This document shows, one piece after another, positions 28,027 through 37,010 of a DNA stretch of 60,350 nt. Positions within the stretch are counted from its first letter, which is position 1. The number at the start of each line of letters is the position of its first letter. The position numbers were made by a program, and so were the translations under genes. The notes beneath the pieces are model-generated. The model did no database searches. It was given only the letters and a program-made list of their open reading frames with translations, and was not told where the DNA came from. The DNA is from a virus. Taxonomy: Duplodnaviria; Caudoviricetes. Location of the stretch: positions 1 to 60,350 of the IMG/VR virus record IMGVR_UViG_3300007735_000768, one strand, 5' to 3'.

Positions 28027-28261
28027 AGAAGGGTTGACGCAACTCGTCAACAATCCAAAAGTATTTGCAGGGCAAGAGTGTTTTGTTGGACAAATGCTTG
28101 CTAATTTAAACAACGAAGAATCATTGTTACTCCATACCGCGCTCGCGGATAAACGAATTCGACATGTTGATCTTGTTCGTCTTTGTGAGGCAGAAGGTTA
28201 CAAAATGAGCGAGGCAACTATGCGCAGACATCGCGCAGGTGGTTGCAGGTGCGATAAGTGA
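27917..28261 (+). CDS. Hypothetical protein (true start probably downstream)
   Basis: Ends SEATMRRHRAGGCRC; coupled to phosphoesterase. Confidence 0.55.
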   Translation: MTKLPSAGGAAESLPNTSQSHTRSNALDAKQSISTFKEGLTQLVNNPKVFAGQECFVGQMLANLNNEESLLLHTALADKRIRHVDLVRLCEAEGYKMSEATMRRHRAGGCRCDK

Positions 28262-29460
28262 CATTTTCTGATCGTGTAAAAGCATTGGTAGGCGAGGCAG
28301 ACGCTGAACAGAACGAACCGCCAAAGCGCGATCGGAAAGCGCAATGGGTTCCGGGCATTGAATGGAAAGGTGACGAAGGCGAAGTCACAACCCTTCCAAT
28401 GGAAGGCGATAATCACCCCGACTGGTCAAGCATCCTCAAAATATGGGGATTAGACCCTGAACAATTTTCGGTCGTTGAACCTGTCTTGTTCAATGTATGG
28501 GGAAGTCCTGATGGCATCTTGAATCGCCAATGGAAGGGCAAAGTAATTCGCAATAAACCCGAGTTGGGTAGTCCTTACGATTTAGAGGCATTACGCGATG
28601 AGATCAAACGCCACAAACCAAAGAAAGTTCAACCATTGCATGGCGATGGTGTGTTCAATGTTGTCCTTGCAGATTGGCAAATAGGTAAATCAGAGGGCGG
28701 TGGAAGTCAAGCCACAGCCAAGCGTGTTTTAGATGCCATAGAAGCCGTTAAAGGGCGCGTAGACGAGTTAAAACGATTAAAGCGACCTCTAGGCACACTC
28801 CAAATCATATGGACGGGAGATAGCGTTGAAGGCTGTCTAGGGCATTATGAGATGCAGACATTTAGCGTCGACCTTGATCGGCGAGCGCAAGTAAATGCAG
28901 TTCGAACATTATTGCTAGAGGCAATTCGTCAATGGTCGCCTCACTTTGAGAAAGTGCGCATAGTTGCAGTTGGGGGAAATCATGGCGAAAATCGATCGGC
29001 AAACGGCAAAGCGTTCACAACCCTTGCCGACAATGATGATCTTGCTGTCATTGACCAAGTCAAAGACGCCTTGGAATTCAACCCAGAGGTCTATGGGCAT
29101 GTTGAAACGATTATTGCGCCTGATCATCTTTCGCTCACAGTCGAAACGGCGGGGTGGATTCTAGGTTTAACGCATGGTCACACAGCACGATCAGGTGGCA
29201 CAGCAGAACAAAAGTTAAAGACATGGTTAAGCAAAATGGCACTTGGTCGTCAACCAATTGGCGAATCAGACATTTTGATCACAGGTCATTACCACCATTT
29301 GCGTCAAGCAGATTGGGGAAGCGTTCATTGGATTCAAGCACCAGCACTAGACGGGGGATCAGAATGGTTCAGAATGACAAGCGGAGAACACAGCGAAGCG
29401 GGAATGTTGACCTTCGCGACATACCCCGAAGCGAAGGTGAAGGATTTACAAATTCTATGA
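28258..29460 (+). CDS. Calcineurin-like metallophosphoesterase
   Basis: ADWQIGK, GDSVEG, GGNHGE, THGH, GHYHH. Confidence 0.85.
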   Translation: MTFSDRVKALVGEADAEQNEPPKRDRKAQWVPGIEWKGDEGEVTTLPMEGDNHPDWSSILKIWGLDPEQFSVVEPVLFNVWGSPDGILNRQWKGKVIRNKPELGSPYDLEALRDEIKRHKPKKVQPLHGDGVFNVVLADWQIGKSEGGGSQATAKRVLDAIEAVKGRVDELKRLKRPLGTLQIIWTGDSVEGCLGHYEMQTFSVDLDRRAQVNAVRTLLLEAIRQWSPHFEKVRIVAVGGNHGENRSANGKAFTTLADNDDLAVIDQVKDALEFNPEVYGHVETIIAPDHLSLTVETAGWILGLTHGHTARSGGTAEQKLKTWLSKMALGRQPIGESDILITGHYHHLRQADWGSVHWIQAPALDGGSEWFRMTSGEHSEAGMLTFATYPEAKVKDLQIL

Positions 29461-29756
29461 TGACACCAAAAGACATTGCCGATTATGCAGTTTCATTGGT
29501 AAGTGGTGATCGTCAAAATGATTATGGTCATCCATTAGACGACTTTACTCGCGCTGGAAAAATATGGGAAGCAATTCTTGGCGTTCCTGTTTCGGCAGAG
29601 CAAGTTGCATTGTGCATGGTTGGAGTGAAGATCGCTCGCGAAGTCAATAGACAAAAGATCGACAACGCAGTTGATGGCATTGGTTATTTCTTAACCCTTA
29701 CTATGGTTCAGCAAGAACGCGCCGAGCGCGAAAGACAAAATCAGCAACCCGAGTGA
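29457..29756 (+). CDS. DUF6378-like (dNTP pyrophosphatase-related) protein; start revised to 29457
   Basis: GDRQNDYGHP...W...VALCMVGVKIARE...D..GY. Confidence 0.75.
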   Translation: MMTPKDIADYAVSLVSGDRQNDYGHPLDDFTRAGKIWEAILGVPVSAEQVALCMVGVKIAREVNRQKIDNAVDGIGYFLTLTMVQQERAERERQNQQPE

Positions 29757-29772
29757 TAACATTATCTTGATC

Positions 29773-29830
29773 GTGTCCTTAGTGACCCCAACCGTTGTCG
29801 TGACCAAGAGTCCTATTCGGTACTGGGGTC
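29773..29830 (+). promoter_or_regulatory. Two bipartite G(A/T)GNCC sites in a hairpin leader (candidate Com-like binding sites)
   Basis: GTGTCC-tta-GTGACC 29773-29787; GTGACC-aa-GAGTCC 29800-29813; GACCCCA/TGGGGTC stem. Confidence 0.55.
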
Positions 29831-29854
29831 GTCCTGCCTAAAAAGGAGGCAAAA

Positions 29855-30109
29855 ATGGCTCAGTACCGCGCAACGGTGGGAATTGATTATCCACCAAACA
29901 AGCGTGTTGAAGCAGGAGAAATTGTTTCTGACCTGCCCGGAGATTCTATTAAGTGGCTCCTTGAACAAGGACTAATCGAATCACCTGACAAGAAATCAAC
30001 AGCAAAAGAAATTATTGAAGAAGTAATTGAAGAACCAAAGGTTGAAGAAACCAAGGTTGAAGAAATAGTTGCAGAAGTTCCTGCCTCAGAAGAAGGAGAG
30101 GCTGAATAA
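29855..30109 (+). CDS. Small acidic tail-region protein
   Basis: AAGGAGG RBS; WLLEQGLIE. Confidence 0.7.
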   Translation: MAQYRATVGIDYPPNKRVEAGEIVSDLPGDSIKWLLEQGLIESPDKKSTAKEIIEEVIEEPKVEETKVEEIVAEVPASEEGEAE

Positions 30110-30849
30110 TGCCTACATTCCGTCATGGTAAAAATACTATCGTCATGTTTGACAAGTATGATCTAAGCACATATTTCAACATGGCAACAACATCAGCAAT
30201 GGCAGAACCTGTTGACACAACAACATTTGGTTCAGCAAATAAAACTTATGCAGTCGGCATGAAAGACGCAACAGTTTCATTTGAAGGACTATGGGATGGT
30301 TCAACAGATGCAGTTGATGAAGTTCTAAGTGCGGCTGTTACAGCGACAGCAGACAAAGTTATTACTGTTGGTTCAGAAGGTGCGGCAATTGGTCGTCGTG
30401 CTAAGTTGATCAACAGCATTGAAAGTTCATATGAAATCAAAGCCGCAGTTGCCGACATGGTAACAATCTCCGCAGAAGTTCAAGCAAGCGGAATTAAAGG
30501 TGGCTTAGATGGCGGTGTATTGCTCGCCGCTCAACAGACAGTATCAAGCGTTACTGCAAACACTAGCGTTGACAACGCCGCCTCTAGCGCAAATGGTGGC
30601 GTTGCACATCTGCATGTTACGAGCAACACTCGTAATGGTGCGGCAACAATCAAAGTGCAACATTCTGCCAATAACTCAACATGGGCAGACCTTGTTGTAT
30701 TTACAGCAACAACCTCTACCACTACAACATCGCAACGCGTTGAAGTAGCGGCTGGAACAACAGTAAATCGATACATTCGCGCTAATGTGTCAGCCATTGC
30801 TGGGTCAACAGGCTCAGTAACCATCACCGTTGGATTCGCAAGGAGATAA
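30109..30849 (+). CDS. Tail tube-like protein 1 with C-terminal extra beta domain
   Basis: MPTFRHGKN, DTTTFG..KTY..GMKD. Confidence 0.75.
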   Translation: MPTFRHGKNTIVMFDKYDLSTYFNMATTSAMAEPVDTTTFGSANKTYAVGMKDATVSFEGLWDGSTDAVDEVLSAAVTATADKVITVGSEGAAIGRRAKLINSIESSYEIKAAVADMVTISAEVQASGIKGGLDGGVLLAAQQTVSSVTANTSVDNAASSANGGVAHLHVTSNTRNGAATIKVQHSANNSTWADLVVFTATTSTTTTSQRVEVAAGTTVNRYIRANVSAIAGSTGSVTITVGFARR

Positions 30850-30850
30850 A

Positions 30851-31267
30851 ATGCCAACATTTCGCCACGGTAAAAACTCGCAGTTCACAATCGCCGATAG
30901 CGGGGCAGTAGTTCGTGACATCAGCAACACGCTGAACTCGATCACAATGCCACGCTCTATCGAAACTTTGGAAACCACTTCTTTCGGATCTACATCAAAG
31001 TCCTATGTAATTGGTTTCTCAGATTCAACAATTTCAGTTGAAGGTTCATTCGACGCAACAGTTGACGGATACCTTTCAGGACTTGTTGGCAATGACACAG
31101 CGAGCGCGTTCGTTTATGGTCCAGAAGGATCAACAGTAGGTCAAGTCAAGTTCACAGGTTCAGCGTTCCTTACTTCATACGAAGTAAAGGGCGGAGTAGG
31201 CGACATCGTTTCTTACTCAGCAGAATTTCAAGTAACTGGCGCGATCACACGCGGAACTTACGCTTAA
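30851..31267 (+). CDS. Major tail (tube) protein 2; start revised to 30851
   Basis: MPTFRHGKN, ETTSFG, YGPEG, FQVTGAITR; AGGAG RBS. Confidence 0.8.
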   Translation: MPTFRHGKNSQFTIADSGAVVRDISNTLNSITMPRSIETLETTSFGSTSKSYVIGFSDSTISVEGSFDATVDGYLSGLVGNDTASAFVYGPEGSTVGQVKFTGSAFLTSYEVKGGVGDIVSYSAEFQVTGAITRGTYA

Positions 31268-31293
31268 ACAACTTAATAACCCAAACCCAAGTC

Positions 31294-31344
31294 GAGTCCT
31301 AGAGACCCAATAGAAAAGAGAGAGCATCGTGTCCATAAGAGACC
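31294..31344 (+). promoter_or_regulatory. Two bipartite G(A/T)GNCC sites at the tail chaperone start
   Basis: GAGTCC-ta-GAGACC 31294-31307; GTGTCC-ataa-GAGACC 31329-31344 overlapping GTG start. Confidence 0.55.
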
Positions 31345-31709
31345 TAATTTTAAATAGCAATGATATTCCACGCGAACTTGTAAAAGTTAAAGAGTGGAAC
31401 ATCGAAGTTGAAGTTCGAGGAATGACAGGCGCAGAGCGCACTCGTATTCTTGATCTTGCCCAAGGCGACGGGGGAATGAACCTTCAAATGGTTTATCCCG
31501 AAATTGTTATTTCAACAGCGTTCGATCCTGAAAGTGGAGAACAAATTTTTTCTCCCGCAGATCGCACAGCGTTGCTCTCAAAGTCAGCAAACGCACTAGA
31601 TACCCTCGCAACTGTTGGTATGCGTTTGTCAGGTTTTCTAGCGGAAACATCAAATGACTTGGGAAAAGATTCATCCGAAACGGCTATCGAAGGTTCGTCT
31701 TCGAATTAG
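31329..31709 (+). CDS. Tail assembly chaperone (gpG-like)
   Basis: VKVKEW..EVEVRGMTGAER; between tail tube and tape measure. Confidence 0.85.
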   Translation: MSIRDLILNSNDIPRELVKVKEWNIEVEVRGMTGAERTRILDLAQGDGGMNLQMVYPEIVISTAFDPESGEQIFSPADRTALLSKSANALDTLATVGMRLSGFLAETSNDLGKDSSETAIEGSSSN

Positions 31710-31849
31710 CACAAAGGTTGGGAAGGACTGTTGACGAATTACTTCACGGCAGTCCTTCCCATAACCCTATCTCCGCGATCGAACTCGCAGAATGGGAAGC
31801 GTTAGAGCAAGTCCGTAATTGGGAACAAGAGCAAGCAAATCGGAGGTGA
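31661..31849 (+). CDS. -1 frameshift extension of tail assembly chaperone (gpGT) at slippery GGGAAAA
   Basis: G GGA AAA at 31661-31667; -1 frame reads RFIRNGYRRFVFELAQRLGRTVDELL...ELAEWEAL to TGA 31849. Confidence 0.85.
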   Translation, partial: GKRFIRNGYRRFVFELAQRLGRTVDELLHGSPSHNPISAIELAEWEALEQVRNWEQEQANRR

Positions 31850-31852
31850 CAT

Positions 31853-34800
31853 GTGGCTGACTACAATATAAAAGGCAAAATGACCCTCGAAACAGGGTCG
31901 TTTATTTCATCTGCCCAAGCCGCTTCCAATTCACTTAATGGTTTAAATTCATCAACAAAAACAACTTCTGTTGGCATGCGCATGTTAAAGCGTGGTGTTA
32001 TGGCGGCTGGTGTTGCATTAGGTGGACTTGCCGCCGCGGGAATTAAAGCCGCTTCGGATTATCAGCAAGCAAACATTGCATTTACAACAATGCTTGGTTC
32101 GGCAGAGAAATCAACAAAGTTCCTTCAAGAAATGCGCGACTTTGCCGCCAAGACACCATTTGAATTACCCGATCTCTTAACTGGCGCTCGTCGCTTGATG
32201 GCAATGGGATTTGCCGCAGAAGAAATCAAACCCATGCTTACCGCCGTTGGAGATGCCGCCGCAGGTCTTGGCGTTGGCGCGGAAGGTGTAAATCGAATCA
32301 CCCTTGCACTTGGTCAAATGAAAGCAAAGGGAAAAGTTTCTGGCGAAGAAATGCGTCAGTTAGCAGAAGCAGGTATTCCTGCATGGAAGTATCTTGCAGA
32401 AGCGGCTGGTAAATCAACAGCCGAAATGATGAAGTTGGGCGAACAAGGCGCGATCCCAGCAGAACAAGCAATTCAAGTATTGATCAAAGGCATGGAAGAT
32501 GGCATTGGAACCGCTCGCGGTTTCGGTGGCATGATGGATCAACAGTCGCGAACAATGGCTGGTTTGATGTCAACACTTAAAGACACAGTTCGAAACGCAT
32601 TTGTTGACGGATTCAATAAATATGTTCCGCAAATTAGCACAGTATTTGAAAAACTTATTCCTAAAGTCGGTGGATTTGTTCAAAAGTTCATTGACGCAAT
32701 GGGTTGGTTAGTAAGCAATGTAGGTAAAGTCCTTGGTGGAATTGCTACGATCATTGAACCTATCTTTAAGAATTTCTTGCTTCCTGCGTTTGCAATTGTT
32801 GGCGCGGCTATCTATGTAGTTGTTGAAGCACTCGGTCGCGTTGGTCAATTTATTTCAAACAATAAAACTTTATTTCAAGGATTAGCAACTGCCGTTGGCG
32901 TTGCCGCGCTCGCTTATATGGGTCTTTATGTTGGTGTAGGTATTTACAACACCATAGCCGCTATCTCAATTGCGCGAACTAAACTTATGGCACTATGGCA
33001 AGCGCGTACTGCAATTGCTACAACTGCATTAACGCGAGCGCAAGCATTACTCAATGCAACAATGGCGTTCAACCCAATTGGTTTAGCCATTGCCGCCGCG
33101 GTTGCTCTTATCGCTGTTTTTGTTGCACTTTGGAATCATTCAGAAGCGTTCCGCAAGGCAGTTATTTTCTTGGCTAAGGGTGTTGTTCAATATGTCGCTT
33201 TCATGATCAGAGCATGGGGCGGGTTGATCGAAACTATCCTTAAAGTTGTAACAGGACCATTGCGTTTATTCCTTGGCGTTCTTTCTCATTTGCCGGGGAT
33301 AGGTGGCGCCGCTAAAAAAGGTTTAGAGTTAGTTAATAAAGGCATTGAAGGTGTTGGCAATTTTGCTGAAACAACCGCTAAAAAGGTTGAAGGTTTCACT
33401 AAAACTCTTGACTCATTGCAAAACAAAAAAATTAGTTTGCCTAAGTTTGGTGGCGGAGTTAAAGCAGGATACGGCGAAGGTGCATTTAAATATGGCGACG
33501 GAACGACTCCTGAAATCGCCGATCCGACTGCTGGATTTGCTGACGCGCTCAAAGGTGGTAGCGACGAAGCAAATGAAAAGGCTAAAGCCGCCGCAGAAAA
33601 ACTTAAAGAGGCACAACGCGCACTTAAAGAGTCAGTTCAAAACTACAACGACTTTATTAAGAATGATTTTGCTAAAGGCTTTACAGACGGCGCAGACAAC
33701 GCTCGCGATGCAATCCTTAACGGACTAGACAAACTTAAATCAGTATTTGAGGCACAAGCAGAAATGCTTGAAGGTGCGGCTCTTGATAACTTGTGGAAAG
33801 CATGGGACAAGGTAAATACCAAGGTTCGCGGATATATCGATCAAGCAATGAAGGTTGCGCAAGACCTCGAAGATGTTCAGAATCAACTTGACGATGCCAA
33901 CAAGCGTCTTGAAGAAGCAATTGCAAACCGCGCAGAGGGCGCAAAAGCATTTGCCGAAGTATTAAAGACACCATTTGGCGAACCAAGTGCGCTTGAAAAG
34001 GGTCTTGCAAGTGGCGAAGCAACTGTTGATTCGATCATTTCAATGTATGACAGCATGCGCGAGGCAATTGATAAGCGTTTTGACGGCATTGGTGGCACTC
34101 GTAAAGACGAGTTGATCAATTACCTTACTGATCAGACAGCAAAACTTGTAGCACTAGCAAAGCGACGCGATCAAGCGGCTAAGGCTCTTGACGAGGCACA
34201 AAAGCACCTTGATGATGTTCTTTCACAGCAAGCATCATTCAAGACAAGCATTGTTGACAGCATCAAGTCATTTGGAACCGCGCTCGCCGACCTTTCAAAG
34301 TCAAATGGCGATAACACGATCAAGGTTATTAAGACAGCAAGCGGTCTTGTTATTACTCAAATGACTACCGCTAAGTCAGGCGTTGATTTAATTACTGACA
34401 AGTTAAAGGCAAACCTACAAACTATTCAGGACTTTACAACCAACATTCAATTGCTCTTAACTAAGGGTTACAACAAAGAGTATGTTCGCCAACTGCTTGA
34501 AGCGGGTCCAGAAGCCGCTGGTGCAACAGCCGCGCTTCTTGCTCAAAGCGGGACTGACACAGTAGACACAGTTAATTCGCTCTATGATCAAATCAATAAA
34601 GCATCTGAGCAATTCGGTTCAAAGATGTCCGAAACTTTCTACGGCAATGCTGTATCAATGGCAAAGGCGATGGTTGACGGCGCACAAAGCGAATACACAA
34701 ACATCATGACCGAAATGACTTCGATCTACAACGGAATTAAAGATAAGTTAACTCCGCTCAAAGATGTTGGCACAAATGTTGGTGAAGATTTAATTCAAGC

Positions 34801-35485
34801 AATGATCGACAAGTTAAATGCTCGTAAAGCAGAACTTATCGCCCTTGCTCAATCAATTGCCGCCGCAGTAGCCGCCGCTATGCAAGCCGCCGCCGCAGGA
34901 ATTGGCGTTGGCGTTTCAACATATGTCCCACCCGTAGTTACTGGTGGTGGCGGTGGCGGTGGTGGCGATACTGCCTCAGCCGATGCACAAAAAGAACTTG
35001 ATGATGCAAATGCCGCACTTGCTGACGCATTAGCCGAACTAGATAAGTCATCTACTGATTTAAGCAAAGTGCTTGATAGTTTAGGATCATCTGCTAAAAC
35101 TGCTACAAAAGCGGTTTCAGGAACTACAACATACACAGTTAAATCAGGCGACACATTAAGTGCAATTGCTAAAAAGGCTGGAACAACGCTAGATACTATC
35201 CTTGATCTTAACCCTAAATTTGAAAGTGTTCCAAAATACAAAGACGGCAATATGATCTGGGCGGGAACAACTGTTAAGTTGCCTACCGCGCCAACTGTTA
35301 GCACAGCACCAACAACATCATTTGGTGGTTTCTCTACTGATTCACAAAATTGGGCAAAGACAGGTGGAACAACAACAAACATCGCCGAAGGTGCTGTTAA
35401 AGTTACACTTTCATCAAATGTGCCAGCAGATGATGTTGAACCAATTATGACTCGCGCACTATTGAACGCACTAGGGGCAAGATAA
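31853..35485 (+). CDS. Tape measure protein with C-terminal LysM domain
   Basis: FAAKTPFE, GKVSGEEMRQLAEAGIP tape-measure domain; YTVKSGDTLSAIA...LNP...IWAGTTVKLP LysM. Confidence 0.92.
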   Translation: MADYNIKGKMTLETGSFISSAQAASNSLNGLNSSTKTTSVGMRMLKRGVMAAGVALGGLAAAGIKAASDYQQANIAFTTMLGSAEKSTKFLQEMRDFAAKTPFELPDLLTGARRLMAMGFAAEEIKPMLTAVGDAAAGLGVGAEGVNRITLALGQMKAKGKVSGEEMRQLAEAGIPAWKYLAEAAGKSTAEMMKLGEQGAIPAEQAIQVLIKGMEDGIGTARGFGGMMDQQSRTMAGLMSTLKDTVRNAFVDGFNKYVPQISTVFEKLIPKVGGFVQKFIDAMGWLVSNVGKVLGGIATIIEPIFKNFLLPAFAIVGAAIYVVVEALGRVGQFISNNKTLFQGLATAVGVAALAYMGLYVGVGIYNTIAAISIARTKLMALWQARTAIATTALTRAQALLNATMAFNPIGLAIAAAVALIAVFVALWNHSEAFRKAVIFLAKGVVQYVAFMIRAWGGLIETILKVVTGPLRLFLGVLSHLPGIGGAAKKGLELVNKGIEGVGNFAETTAKKVEGFTKTLDSLQNKKISLPKFGGGVKAGYGEGAFKYGDGTTPEIADPTAGFADALKGGSDEANEKAKAAAEKLKEAQRALKESVQNYNDFIKNDFAKGFTDGADNARDAILNGLDKLKSVFEAQAEMLEGAALDNLWKAWDKVNTKVRGYIDQAMKVAQDLEDVQNQLDDANKRLEEAIANRAEGAKAFAEVLKTPFGEPSALEKGLASGEATVDSIISMYDSMREAIDKRFDGIGGTRKDELINYLTDQTAKLVALAKRRDQAAKALDEAQKHLDDVLSQQASFKTSIVDSIKSFGTALADLSKSNGDNTIKVIKTASGLVITQMTTAKSGVDLITDKLKANLQTIQDFTTNIQLLLTKGYNKEYVRQLLEAGPEAAGATAALLAQSGTDTVDTVNSLYDQINKASEQFGSKMSETFYGNAVSMAKAMVDGAQSEYTNIMTEMTSIYNGIKDKLTPLKDVGTNVGEDLIQAMIDKLNARKAELIALAQSIAAAVAAAMQAAAAGIGVGVSTYVPPVVTGGGGGGGGDTASADAQKELDDANAALADALAELDKSSTDLSKVLDSLGSSAKTATKAVSGTTTYTVKSGDTLSAIAKKAGTTLDTILDLNPKFESVPKYKDGNMIWAGTTVKLPTAPTVSTAPTTSFGGFSTDSQNWAKTGGTTTNIAEGAVKVTLSSNVPADDVEPIMTRALLNALGAR

Positions 35486-35486
35486 A

Positions 35487-37010
35487 ATGGCGGTAACAAC
35501 ACTATCTCCTAACGCAACTGCATCAGGATCAACGCTTTACACGATCACAGGCGGTTCGGCAAATATTCATACTGCACTATCTGACGGCTCAGATGGAACA
35601 TTTATTCAGAAAGCAAATACCATTACAGGTTCAGCCGATCTTATTATGGATTTTGGCACATTAACTTTGACATCTGCGCAACGCGTCAAGCAAGTGCGTT
35701 TGCGTATTCGAGCATCTACTCCTAACGACACAGGTAAGATCAATGCTTATCTTGGTTGTCGTATTAGTCGACAAAACTATTTCTATTCAGGTTCGGCAAT
35801 TCGTGGCGCATATACATCAGCGACAACATTTACAGGACCTTACTTTACTTCCGCACCTGACGGCTCTGACTGGAATCAAACAAATTTAAACAACCTTCGC
35901 ATGAAAGTTAAAGAATATAAAGACACGACTGATCGTGGAAAAGTTTATGAATTGTTCGTTGATGTTGATATTGCGGCTCAACCATCAGTCGGAGTGGTTT
36001 CAGAGCCTACATCAAGCGTTTCATCATCATCTCCTGACATTACTTGGACATATGTTGACGCAACGGATAACTCAACACAGGATTACTATGAAATTAAAGT
36101 ATTTTCTTCTGCGCAATACAACGCGGCAGGGTGGAATGTAAATACATCGACTCCTACATGGACATCAAGTGCGGTTGCATCAACTGATCAAAACTCAGTT
36201 GTTGGTGCATTGTTAACTCCCGGAGTTTATCGTTGCTATGTTCGCGTTGCTAAAGACATCAACGGATCACCATTTTGGTCTGCATGGAATAACTCAGAAT
36301 TTACAGTTAACTATTCAACGCAAGCAGTTCCAACAATGACTGTTTCATGGTCTGCAACACTTGGCAAAGCATCTTTCGTAAATCAAGGAACATCATTGGG
36401 TGTAGGTCTGACAAGTCAGTATCATCAAGTTCAACGATCAGATGACTCAGGCGCAAATTGGAACTATATCCGAGATGGCGAAACTATTACGCTCAATGCT
36501 TCAAATCAAAGTGTTATTTCTGATTACGAAGCACCTCGCGGAATTACAGCCTATTACCGATGCCGCGCTGTTGGCGTTGACTCTAACTCAAATGAATACC
36601 CATCAGGTTGGTCGGTTACTCAGCAGGTTTTGATTACAAATGACTCATCTTGGTGGTTTAAATGTATTCAAACACCAACTCTTAATCAAGGGTCAGTTCG
36701 AGTTTTAAAAGAATTAGATGTTGTTGTCGATGAACCTAACATTACTTTCCGACCATTGGGCGCAACTAAACCGACCATTGTTGCAGGACCATTGCAAGGT
36801 GAAGATGGTGCATATAACATCAAAACTGTTACAGAGGCAGAATGGGATGCGTTCTATCCATTACTTGTGCATCAAGGCAAAATTCTTGTTCAAGACCCAT
36901 TTGGTAATCAGAAATGGATTCGCATTACTGATCGTAAATGGACAGCAGAAACTCAAAGCGGCAATGTCTATCGCGACATTACTTTGAAGTATGTAGAAAT
37001 TGCGGAATAA
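35487..37010 (+). CDS. Minor tail protein (distal-tail position, FN3-like inserts)
   Basis: Follows tape measure; DYEAP, YYRCRAV. Confidence 0.7.
   Translation: MAVTTLSPNATASGSTLYTITGGSANIHTALSDGSDGTFIQKANTITGSADLIMDFGTLTLTSAQRVKQVRLRIRASTPNDTGKINAYLGCRISRQNYFYSGSAIRGAYTSATTFTGPYFTSAPDGSDWNQTNLNNLRMKVKEYKDTTDRGKVYELFVDVDIAAQPSVGVVSEPTSSVSSSSPDITWTYVDATDNSTQDYYEIKVFSSAQYNAAGWNVNTSTPTWTSSAVASTDQNSVVGALLTPGVYRCYVRVAKDINGSPFWSAWNNSEFTVNYSTQAVPTMTVSWSATLGKASFVNQGTSLGVGLTSQYHQVQRSDDSGANWNYIRDGETITLNASNQSVISDYEAPRGITAYYRCRAVGVDSNSNEYPSGWSVTQQVLITNDSSWWFKCIQTPTLNQGSVRVLKELDVVVDEPNITFRPLGATKPTIVAGPLQGEDGAYNIKTVTEAEWDAFYPLLVHQGKILVQDPFGNQKWIRITDRKWTAETQSGNVYRDITLKYVEIAE

Noticed and set aside
29154-29456. 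Long N-terminal extension of the DUF6378-like ORF (likewise for queC, queD, queE, 3545 and 36938 ORFs)
   Set aside because: Overlaps the upstream gene; coupled downstream starts fit better
34849-35502. 217-aa minus-strand ORF, and similar antisense ORFs such as 17375-17791
   Set aside because: Antisense to well-supported genes, no RBS or recognisable motifs
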